54,979 nt of DNA from Candidatus Fimimonas merdipullorum (GTDB lineage: Bacteria; Bacillota; Clostridia; Christensenellales; CAG-314). The position numbers and the translations under genes are program-made. Positions 16,626 through 24,226 of this stretch are shown here, piece after piece. Every line of letters begins with the position of its first letter. Position 1 is the first letter of the stretch. The stretch lies in assembly GCA_018713905.1 (NCBI GenBank), contig DVOC01000065.1:1-54979 (forward strand). The letters run 5' to 3'. The notes below the pieces were generated by a model. It did not search any database. It saw only the letters and a list, made by a program, of their open reading frames with translations, and was not told the origin of the DNA.

Positions 16626-18446
16626 TTATTCCGCCTTGGCGATAAACCGCGCCACAAGGTCGGCAAGGCGGGCGGCGTTATCGACGGGAAGCCCCTCTAT
16701 TATCCTTGCCTGCTGATACAACACTTCGGCGGCTGTTTTAAGCTGCTCTTTGTCCTTTTCCAGCAGCTGCGTAAGCTTGGCGTACACGGGGTGGTTGACG
16801 TTTATTTCCAGCACCTTGGCGGCGGAAACCTTGCCGCCGTTGGGCATGGCGTTTAACACCTTTTCCATCTCGATGGAAAGCTCGCCTTCCGTGGTAAGGC
16901 AAACGGGATACTCTGCGGCGTTTTTGCAGCATTTTACCTTTGCCACCTCGTCGCCCAGCGCCTGTTTTATGAATGCCGACAGATCGGCGTTTTCCTCCGC
17001 CTGCTCGCTGTTGGCGTCGGACACCGAACGGAAGGGCTTGTCGGCGTACTTTTCCAGCATTTTTACGGCAAACTCGTCCACGTCGTCGGTGAAGCACAGC
17101 ACGTCTGCGCCCTTTTCCCTTGCCTTTGCCACCTGCGGCAGGTTTTTGACGCTTTCGACGGTGGCGCCCGCGGCGTAGTAGATGGCGTCGCCGCACCCCT
17201 CCGCTTGGACGTATTCCTTGAGCGTCACGTACTTTTGCTGTTGCAGCGAATAGAACATCAGCAGATCTTTAAGCTGATCCTTTTTGGCGCCCCAACCGTC
17301 GTACACACCGAATTTGAGCTGCAAACCGAACTGCTGCCAGAAGGTGAGGTATTTTTCCCTGTCGTTGGCAAGCATATCGGCAAGCTCCGCCGTTATTTTC
17401 TTTTCGAGGTTTGCCGCAATAAGCTTTAGCTGTCTGTTTTGCTGAATGGTTTCTCGGGAAATGTTGAGGGAAAGCTGACAGTCCACTATGCCTCTGACAA
17501 AGCTGTAACAGTCGGGGAGCAAATCGGCGCATTTGTCGGTGATGAGCACGCCGTTGGTGTACAGTTTAAGCCCTTTTTCGTAGCTTTTGTTGTAGAAGTT
17601 GTAGGGAGCGTGAGAAGGCACGTACAACAGCGCCTTGTACTCTACTGCGCCTTCGGCGGAGGTATGTATCACCTTGAGAGGCTTTTCGTAGTCGAAAAAG
17701 TTTTCCTTGTAAAACTCGTCGTACTGCTCGGCGGTGATATCCTTTTTGTTCTTTTTCCACAAGGGCACCATGCTGTTTACCTTTTCGTACTGCTTTTCGG
17801 TGTGCTCGGCGCCGTCCTCGTGGGTGTGAGTGTGCTCGCACAGCAGCATTATGGGATAACGCACGTAGTCGGAATACTTTTTGATGAGGCTGCGCAGAGT
17901 GTACTCGTCCAGATACTTGGAGTAATCTTCCTCGTCGTCCTGTTTCAGGGTGAGGGTGACCACCGTTCCCCGCGTCGCCGCGGGCGCTTCCGTTATTTCG
18001 TACCCCTCGGCGCCGCTGCTGCTCCACAAATATGCCTTATCCGCCTTTTGCGAAAGCACCTGCACCTTGTCCGCCACCATAAAGGCGGAATAAAAGCCCA
18101 CGCCGAACTGACCTATTATTTCCACGTCGCCGCTGTCCAGCCCCTGCTTGAACGCCTCGCTGCCGCTTTTGGCGATGGTGCCGAGGTTGTTTTCCAACTC
18201 CTCCTTGCCCATGCCTATGCCGTTATCCGATATGACAAGGGTGCGCGTCTGTTTGTCGGCGGAAATTTTTATTTCCAGCGTGCTCCTGTCCAGACCGCTG
18301 CCGTCGGTGAGGCTTTGATAGGCAAGTTTGTCCAGCGCGTCGCTGGCGTTGGAAATAAGCTCGCGCAGAAAAATGTCCTTGTTGGTGTAGATGGAATTTA
18401 TCATTATGTTGAGCACTTTCTGCGATTCTGTTTTGAATTTTTTCAT
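16626..18446 (-). CDS. htpG: Molecular chaperone HtpG (Hsp90)
   Basis: N-terminal GHKL ATPase signature IFLRELISNASDALDKL and GQFGVGFYSAFMVADKV; 606 aa. Confidence 0.95.
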   Translation of the reverse strand: MKKFKTESQKVLNIMINSIYTNKDIFLRELISNASDALDKLAYQSLTDGSGLDRSTLEIKISADKQTRTLVISDNGIGMGKEELENNLGTIAKSGSEAFKQGLDSGDVEIIGQFGVGFYSAFMVADKVQVLSQKADKAYLWSSSGAEGYEITEAPAATRGTVVTLTLKQDDEEDYSKYLDEYTLRSLIKKYSDYVRYPIMLLCEHTHTHEDGAEHTEKQYEKVNSMVPLWKKNKKDITAEQYDEFYKENFFDYEKPLKVIHTSAEGAVEYKALLYVPSHAPYNFYNKSYEKGLKLYTNGVLITDKCADLLPDCYSFVRGIVDCQLSLNISRETIQQNRQLKLIAANLEKKITAELADMLANDREKYLTFWQQFGLQLKFGVYDGWGAKKDQLKDLLMFYSLQQQKYVTLKEYVQAEGCGDAIYYAAGATVESVKNLPQVAKAREKGADVLCFTDDVDEFAVKMLEKYADKPFRSVSDANSEQAEENADLSAFIKQALGDEVAKVKCCKNAAEYPVCLTTEGELSIEMEKVLNAMPNGGKVSAAKVLEINVNHPVYAKLTQLLEKDKEQLKTAAEVLYQQARIIEGLPVDNAARLADLVARFIAKAE

Positions 18447-18530
18447 AACACACCTTCTTTGTTTGCATTTTGCCGCCGCAAAAAACCAAATTGGTACGCA
18501 AAAACGGCAACCGTTTGCGTTTTTTTATAC

Positions 18531-18578
18531 AAAAAAAGACAAACCCTTCGTCGGCGGTCTGCGCCGCACGGCGAAGGG
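18531..18578 (-). terminator. Rho-independent terminator between hsp20 and htpG
   Basis: Minus-strand hairpin CCCUUCGCC...GACGAAGGG (about 9-bp outer stem) followed by UUUGUCUUUUUUU, 31 nt after the hsp20 stop. Confidence 0.55.
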
Positions 18579-18608
18579 AAAAAGTCTTGCCGACCTGCCG
18601 CAAAGCCG

Positions 18609-19010
18609 TCAGTCTATGGTGATGGAATGACTGGTCTCCTGCGGTTTTTCTTTGGGAACGACGATTTGCAGCACGCCGTTCTCGTACTTTGCCTTTATGC
18701 TCTTTTCGTTTACGTCGCCAAGGTAGTAGCTTCTGCTGCAGCTGCAAGCGCGCTCTCTGCGAATGTACTTGCCCTCTTCCTGTTTGTCCGTCTTTTTGGC
18801 GGAAACGGTGAGGTAGCCCTTGTCGAATTTAAGCGTTATTTCGTTCTTGTCGAAACCCGCCATCTCAACGTCCATAAGATAGGCGCTGTCCGTCTCCTTG
18901 ATGTCCGTTTTCATAAGATCCGCTTCCTCCTCGACGTAGAAAGGACGGAAAAAGCTGTTGAAAGTATCTTCGAATATGTCGTTGTTTCTTCTGGTAACAT
19001 AGTTTTTCAT
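18609..19010 (-). CDS. Hsp20/alpha-crystallin family small heat-shock protein
   Basis: Alpha-crystallin domain (DIKETDSAYLMDVEMAGFDKNEITLKFDKGYLTVSA...AKYENGVLQIVVPKE). Start set to ATG 19010 (MKNYVTRR...) with an AAAGGAGA RBS. Confidence 0.9.
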   Translation of the reverse strand: MKNYVTRRNNDIFEDTFNSFFRPFYVEEEADLMKTDIKETDSAYLMDVEMAGFDKNEITLKFDKGYLTVSAKKTDKQEEGKYIRRERACSCSRSYYLGDVNEKSIKAKYENGVLQIVVPKEKPQETSHSITID

Positions 19011-19079
19011 GGTTTGGTATCTCCTTTTATAAGATTTGGTCAAGCTTGTCGGCACTTTGGCAATCTTCGTTTTAGATTG

Positions 19080-19106
19080 TTAGCACTCGCTCGCTTCAAC
19101 TGCTAA
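19080..19106 (-). promoter_or_regulatory. CIRCE operator (HrcA binding site) in the hsp20 leader
   Basis: Minus strand TTAGCAGTT-N9-GAGTGCTAA versus consensus TTAGCACTC-N9-GAGTGCTAA (16/18). Located immediately after the -10 box. Confidence 0.6.
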
Positions 19107-19107
19107 C

Positions 19108-19135
19108 ATTATACCACCTTTCGGGGAATTGTCAA
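19108..19135 (-). promoter_or_regulatory. Promoter of hsp20 (TTGACA-16-TATAAT)
   Basis: Minus strand: TTGACA (19135-19130), 16-nt spacer, TATAAT (19113-19108). CIRCE starts 2 nt downstream. Confidence 0.6.
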
Positions 19136-19458
19136 TAGTTTTTACAAAATTTTTTCCGTTTTTTTTGAAAAAATTCACAAAAAATGAAATTTGCGCCCTG
19201 CGACGGGCGCGTTTTTCGATTTTTGCGTGCTGCCGACGCTTTTGCGGCTTTGAATTTTGCCTGAAAGCAAACGCTTGCGGCGAAGTTGCAGGCGGAAAAG
19301 CTATAAATTGCTTGGCGCAACGATACTTTTTGCAAGTGCGACGGAATTTGGCCGTCGGGCGCAGCCATTGGAGCGGTCATTGTCCTTTGCGGCGTACGGA
19401 CGCTGCCTGACGCTATGCGCAACGCCGTAAAATCGGAGCGTATCCTCGCAATAAACCT

Positions 19459-20066
19459 CGAAAATCGTTTCTAACGCCACTCGTCCCGCACGTGAAACGA
19501 TTTTCGTGGAGAAACAAAGTATAAAAACAAACTTGAACACCACGTCATTGGTAAACACTTTTTAAGCCAACGTCATAAAGGTCAGCCACACATAGATACA
19601 CCACTCGTCCCACAAGTGAAACGATTTTCGTAGAGGAACAAAGTATAAAAACAAACTTGAACACCACTTCATTGGTAAACACTTTTTAAGCCAACGTCAT
19701 AAAGGTCAGCCGCACATAGATACACCACTCGCCTCACCGTTAAATATCTTTTAAGTCAATGACATAAACGACAGTCGTAGACGAATACGCCACTCGTCCC
19801 GCCGACAAGGCGCGTCCCACCGTTAAACACCTTTCAAACCGAAGACAGAAATGTCAGGCGCACACAAATATGCCACTCGTCCAACACGTGAAACAATTTT
19901 CGCAGAGAAACAAAGCATAAAAACAGACTTAAACGCCACTTCATTGTTAAATACCTTTTAAGCCAGCGGCATAAACGACAGTCGTAGACGAATACGCCGG
20001 TCGCCCCACCGGCGAGGCGCGCCCCACCGGCGAGGTGCGGCGAGGTGAAAGGCGCGGCGAGGTGAA
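19459..20066 (+). repeat. Array R1 of a modular intergenic repeat family (about 5 units, 124-bp period, ends in CACCGGCGAGGTG mini-repeats)
   Basis: Units begin at 19477, 19601 and 19725 (CCACTCGTCCC...GTGAAACGATTTTCG...TTTAAGCCAACGTCATAAAGGTCAGCC...). Shorter units follow. The terminal CCGGTCGCCCCACCGGCGAGG motif is iterated. A 13-bp inverted repeat (19459-19471 / 19494-19506) marks the left edge. Confidence 0.85.
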
Positions 20067-20072
20067 ATAGCA

Positions 20073-20101
20073 TTGCAATGTAGCGGCGGGTATGGTATAA
20101 T
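20073..20101 (+). promoter_or_regulatory. Promoter of the glycolipid cluster (TTGCAA-17-TATAAT)
   Basis: TTGCAA 20073-20078, 17-nt spacer, TATAAT 20096-20101. Lies 6 bp after the end of array R1. Confidence 0.45.
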
Positions 20102-20133
20102 AGAAGGCAGTTAACAATATATCGGCGCTTTTT

Positions 20134-21351
20134 ATGGAAGAACAACGGCAAAACAACGCTGACGAGCAGCAAATAGGACAGGACGCCGCAGGCAACGAAA
20201 AGTGTGCGGAAGTTTTGTCCTGCAAAAAAACGGACGAACTGGAAGAAGCAAAGCGCAACTTTGCCGACAGGGACGTTGAAGAGCCAAAGCGCAAAAGGGC
20301 GTGGCTGGGCAATTTGTTTTTCGTTGTGGTGCTGGCGGTGACGCTGGTGCTGGTGTATCAGCTTTCGGCAAACGCCGCCGAGGGCGAGCAGAAAACGCTG
20401 AAAGAGATATTCGGCAATATGCGCACCGACTACGCCGTTATGGCGGTGGGCGCGCTGTTTGTGATGATATTTTTGGACAGCATGAAGTATTTTGTCATTC
20501 TGCACGCCACCAGCGGCAAAAAATACTTCGGCACCTCGCTGAAAACGAGTCTGTTAGGCAAATACTACGACAACATTACCCCTTTTGCCAGCGGCGGACA
20601 GCCTTTTCAGATACACTACCTGCACAAAAAAGGCTTTTCCGGCGGCGAAAGCACGGCGGTGATATTCATAAAATTCTGCTTTAACATACTCATCTGGCTG
20701 GCGATATGTCTTTGCCTGATGGTGTTCAACCGCGGCGCGCTGGACGTTTACGTCGCCGACGACACGCAGCGCAGGCTGTTTGTGGTGTTGGGCTGGATAG
20801 GCTTTGCCATAAATTGCAGCATTCCCATGGTGATAATTGCCTTTGCCGTTTTTCCTAAGCTTATGGAAACGCTGACGAGGTGGTTTTTGGCGTTGGGGCA
20901 CAAGCTGAAAATCGTCAAAAGCCGCGACGCCGTGGTGATAAAGGCAAAGCGCATTGCCAAGGATTTCCGCGCCGCATTTGTAATAATGATACACAAGCCG
21001 CTGCACGCCTTGGGGCTGGCGCTGATTTGTGTTTGCGAGCAGTTTTTGTCCATAATGCTGCCCTACCTTGTAGTTGTTGCCATGGCGGGAGCGACGATAG
21101 AGCCCAACGTGCAGCTGATGTTTGCGATAATGACGATGAACGTGTACGTATCCATGAGCGTAACGGCGGTGCCCACGCCGGGCAATTCCGGCGCGCTGGA
21201 AACGGCGTTTTCGCTCGTGCTGACGTCTGTGGCGGAAGGCGTGCTGTTCTGGACAGTGTTCGGGTGGAGATTTTTGTCCTACTACTCCTTTATACTGATA
21301 GGACTTTGCATATTTATAGCCGATTTTATCAGGAAAAAAGCCAAACGATGA
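20134..21351 (+). CDS. Lysylphosphatidylglycerol-synthase-TM-like (flippase-like, UPF0104) membrane protein
   Basis: Polytopic membrane protein with the characteristic YYDNITPFASGGQPFQIHYLHKKG block; 405 aa. Its stop overlaps the next ATG (ATGA at 21348-21351). Confidence 0.75.
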   Translation: MEEQRQNNADEQQIGQDAAGNEKCAEVLSCKKTDELEEAKRNFADRDVEEPKRKRAWLGNLFFVVVLAVTLVLVYQLSANAAEGEQKTLKEIFGNMRTDYAVMAVGALFVMIFLDSMKYFVILHATSGKKYFGTSLKTSLLGKYYDNITPFASGGQPFQIHYLHKKGFSGGESTAVIFIKFCFNILIWLAICLCLMVFNRGALDVYVADDTQRRLFVVLGWIGFAINCSIPMVIIAFAVFPKLMETLTRWFLALGHKLKIVKSRDAVVIKAKRIAKDFRAAFVIMIHKPLHALGLALICVCEQFLSIMLPYLVVVAMAGATIEPNVQLMFAIMTMNVYVSMSVTAVPTPGNSGALETAFSLVLTSVAEGVLFWTVFGWRFLSYYSFILIGLCIFIADFIRKKAKR

Positions 21352-22487
21352 AGTGCACCATTTTTACCATGACCTCCGGCGAGGGGCACAACAGAATAGC
21401 CAAAGCCGTCGCAGAGGAATTTGAACGGCGAAGCGTACAGTGCAAAATAATAAACATTTTCCGCCACGACGGCATAGAGTACCGCTTTAACGATTGGGGC
21501 TACCGCTTTGTGTGCGAACGTTTTCCGCGCAGTTACGACTACTTTTGGAAAAAGCTCAAGTTTCGCGGCAACGACAAAAGGTACACGGGCATAGCGCAGA
21601 AGGAGATAGAACGCGCGGCGGACAAGGTTGCCGCACAGGTAGAGGACTGCGACTTTTTTTTGTGCGTCCACCCCTACTGCGCGGTGCTGTGCGACTACTG
21701 GAAGCGCACGGGCAGGTTCGGACAGAAAGTGTACGCGCTGCTGACGGACATTTTGCCCCACCCGCTGTGGGAATCGGCAGTAAAGTGCGACGTGGTGCTT
21801 ACGCCCACACCTCACGCGCGGGAGCAGCTGATACAAAAGGGCTTTTCGTCGGAGCAGATAGAGGTGTGCGGGTTTCCCGTAGACAAAAAATTCGTCACGC
21901 GGCAGGACAAGGCACAGGCGCGAAAACAGCTGGGACTGCAAGACAAATTTACGGTGCTGGTGGCAAGCGGCGGCTACGGCATAGGCAAAAACTACAAGGT
22001 GGCGAAGCTGCTTTCGGGGGACGTGCAGGTAATATGCGCCAACGGCAGAAACAAAAGAGCGTTTGAAAGAACGGCAAAGCTGCAAAAGCGCAACGGCAAC
22101 CTGGTAAACCTCGGATTTGTGAACAATATGGACAGCTACATGGACGCGGCGGACGTCGCCGTGACAAGGGCGGGCGCCACCACTTTGTTTGAATGTATGA
22201 GCAAAGGGCTGCCCGTAGTGATAAGGGAAAACGCCATAATCAACGAGAGGGAAAACGCCGAGGTGTTGGAAAAAGAGGGGTGCGCCGTCAGGCTGAAAAG
22301 GTTGAAGGACGTGCAGCAGACGATTGCCTGCCTCACGGAAGAGAAACGGGGAAAAATGCGGGACGCAGGCAAAGCGCTTACGCAGGGCAAATGCGTGGCA
22401 GATCTGTGCGAGTTCGTTTTGCGGGACGCAAGCAAACAGACGAATGAAATTTCTGGTAATAGATACGGAGACAAATTGGAACAATAG
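21348..22487 (+). CDS. MGDG-synthase/GT28 family diacylglycerol glycosyltransferase (UgtP-like)
   Basis: N terminus MKCTIFTMTSGEGHNRIAKAVAEEF (GxGH motif of MGDG_synth) and a C-terminal GT28 fold (TRAGATTLFECMSKGLPVV). The first 156 codons of ORF 20880..22487 overlap the preceding gene and are discarded. Confidence 0.8.
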   Translation: MKCTIFTMTSGEGHNRIAKAVAEEFERRSVQCKIINIFRHDGIEYRFNDWGYRFVCERFPRSYDYFWKKLKFRGNDKRYTGIAQKEIERAADKVAAQVEDCDFFLCVHPYCAVLCDYWKRTGRFGQKVYALLTDILPHPLWESAVKCDVVLTPTPHAREQLIQKGFSSEQIEVCGFPVDKKFVTRQDKAQARKQLGLQDKFTVLVASGGYGIGKNYKVAKLLSGDVQVICANGRNKRAFERTAKLQKRNGNLVNLGFVNNMDSYMDAADVAVTRAGATTLFECMSKGLPVVIRENAIINERENAEVLEKEGCAVRLKRLKDVQQTIACLTEEKRGKMRDAGKALTQGKCVADLCEFVLRDASKQTNEISGNRYGDKLEQ

Positions 22488-23019
22488 GGTGATGTCCATA
22501 GGCGTTGTGGTTTCGGGCGAAGGCATGACGCCCGAAGAATACGCTTACTTTTTGCTTGCGCCGGAATACACCGTGGGCGGAATGTATTCCTTTTCGCTGT
22601 TTGTCAGAGGCGCAATGCCCAAAATATGCGGCAGGGAGGAGGCGATAGCGGACATATCCGATATCTGCCGCCGCCACGGCATAACGGAAATTTTTGCCTA
22701 CAACGCCGTATTTGACAAATTTATGCTGCCGGAGCTGCACTCTTTTTGCTGGCGGGACATAATGAGCGTTGCGGCGTATGCACAGTATAACACCAAAATA
22801 CCCGTCGGCGCGCCGCTGTACTCGACGGGAAGGCTGAAACGCGGCTACGGCGTGCAGTCGGTGATGCGCATGCTGACGGGCGCAAGGTACTTTGAAACGC
22901 ACAACGCCCTTTACGACGCTTTGGACGAATTGGAGATAATGCGGCTTTTGGGGTGCGCCGCCGAAAAGTACGGAGTTGTGCCTGCGGGAAAGTCGCAGGC
23001 GGAACGCCAACAAAAATAA
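22444..23019 (+). CDS. DEDDh (DnaQ-like) 3'-5' exonuclease domain protein
   Basis: ExoI VIDTETN, ExoII YNAVFDKFML, ExoIII HNALYDALDE. The start must be ATG 22444 to keep ExoI, so the gene overlaps the glycosyltransferase by 44 nt. Confidence 0.65.
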   Translation: MKFLVIDTETNWNNRVMSIGVVVSGEGMTPEEYAYFLLAPEYTVGGMYSFSLFVRGAMPKICGREEAIADISDICRRHGITEIFAYNAVFDKFMLPELHSFCWRDIMSVAAYAQYNTKIPVGAPLYSTGRLKRGYGVQSVMRMLTGARYFETHNALYDALDELEIMRLLGCAAEKYGVVPAGKSQAERQQK

Positions 23020-23026
23020 TTGCAGG

Positions 23027-23055
23027 AAAAAAGCCGACGAAACGTCGGCTTTTTG
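23027..23055. terminator. Bidirectional terminator shared by the convergent exonuclease and prfB genes
   Basis: AAAAAA-GCCGACG-AAA-CGTCGGC-TTTTT, a perfect 7-bp stem with an A-run and a T-run on either side. Confidence 0.7.
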
Positions 23056-23133
23056 TGTTGCGGTTTTATTGCTCCGAAACAAACGCGCGGTTTATCCGCG
23101 CCGCATTCGGCGTATGACTTTCGCAGTCGCACG

Positions 23134-24225
23134 TCACAGCGCCTTTTGCAGATAGTCTTCGATGAAGGGCTGAATGTTGCCGTCCATTACGTCGGCGATG
23201 TTGGCGTTTTCAAAGTTGGTGCGATGATCCTTTACGAGGGTGTAGGGACAGAACACGTAGGAGCGAATCTGACTGCCCCACTCTATCTTTTTTATTTCCC
23301 CCTTTATGGCGGTGGCTTCCTCCATCTGTTCGCGCTCTTTCAGTTCGGCAAGCTTGCTTTTGAGCATAAGCATTGCCTGCTCTCTGTTTTGTATCTGACT
23401 GCGCTGCGTCTGGCAGGACACCACAATGCCCGTGGGAATATGCGTTATGCGAATGGCGCTTTCCGTCTTGTTGATGTGCTGTCCCCCCGCGCCGCTGGAA
23501 CGGTAGGTATCTACCTTCAAGTCTTTGTCCTCTATCACTATGTCGTTGTCCTGCGGCAGTTCCGGCATGACTTCGAGGGAGGCAAAGCTGGTGTGGCGGC
23601 GTTTTTGCGCGTCGAAGGGGGAGATGCGCACCAGACGGTGCACGCCCTTTTCCGCTTTGAGATAGCCGTAGGCGTTTGCCCCGATAATGTTGAAGGTGAC
23701 GGATTTTATGCCCGCTTCCTCGCCGGCAAGAAAGTCCGTTTCCTGCACCTTGTAGCCCCGTCTTTCGGCATAGCGGGTGTACATACGGTAAAGCATCTGC
23801 ACCCAATCCTGCGCCTCGGTGCCGCCGGCTCCCGCGTGCAGCGTAAGTATGGCGTTGTTGGCGTCGTACTTGCCGGAAAGCAGCGTGGCTATGTGCAGCT
23901 CGTTTATTTCCTTTTCCAGCCTGTTGACCTCTTCCGCCGTTTCCGAAAGCATTGCTTCGTCGTCGCATATTTCCAGCAGCTCCTCTGCGTCTGCCGCCCT
24001 TGCAGTAAGCTTGGAATAGTTTTCTATCTTATCCTGCAGGTTTTTGGCGCGCTGACTTACCTGCTGGGCATTTTTTACGTCGTTCCAGAAGTCGGGGCTG
24101 TGCTGCTGCTCGGTGAGCGTTTGCAGTTCCTCCTTCATTTTGGGCAGATCGAGGCTTTCGCCCACGCCGTTAAGTTTAGATTGCAGCGCCTTTAACTGTT
24201 GTTTTACGTCTTCTATCTGAATCAT
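23134..24225 (-). CDS. prfB: Peptide chain release factor 2 (single uninterrupted ORF)
   Basis: SPF tripeptide region, GGQ motif (SGAGGQHINKTESAIRITHIPTG) and DFWND block; 363 aa. Starts 1 nt after the secA stop. Confidence 0.95.
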   Translation of the reverse strand: MIQIEDVKQQLKALQSKLNGVGESLDLPKMKEELQTLTEQQHSPDFWNDVKNAQQVSQRAKNLQDKIENYSKLTARAADAEELLEICDDEAMLSETAEEVNRLEKEINELHIATLLSGKYDANNAILTLHAGAGGTEAQDWVQMLYRMYTRYAERRGYKVQETDFLAGEEAGIKSVTFNIIGANAYGYLKAEKGVHRLVRISPFDAQKRRHTSFASLEVMPELPQDNDIVIEDKDLKVDTYRSSGAGGQHINKTESAIRITHIPTGIVVSCQTQRSQIQNREQAMLMLKSKLAELKEREQMEEATAIKGEIKKIEWGSQIRSYVFCPYTLVKDHRTNFENANIADVMDGNIQPFIEDYLQKAL

Positions 24226-24226
24226 A

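Noticed and set aside
19459-20066. Possible CRISPR arrays at the six repeat loci.
   Set aside because: The sequences between the GC-rich motifs are themselves repeated between units and loci, so they are not unique spacers. Unit lengths are irregular (65-124 bp). The GC-rich motif is iterated back-to-back at array ends. No cas genes or leader are present.
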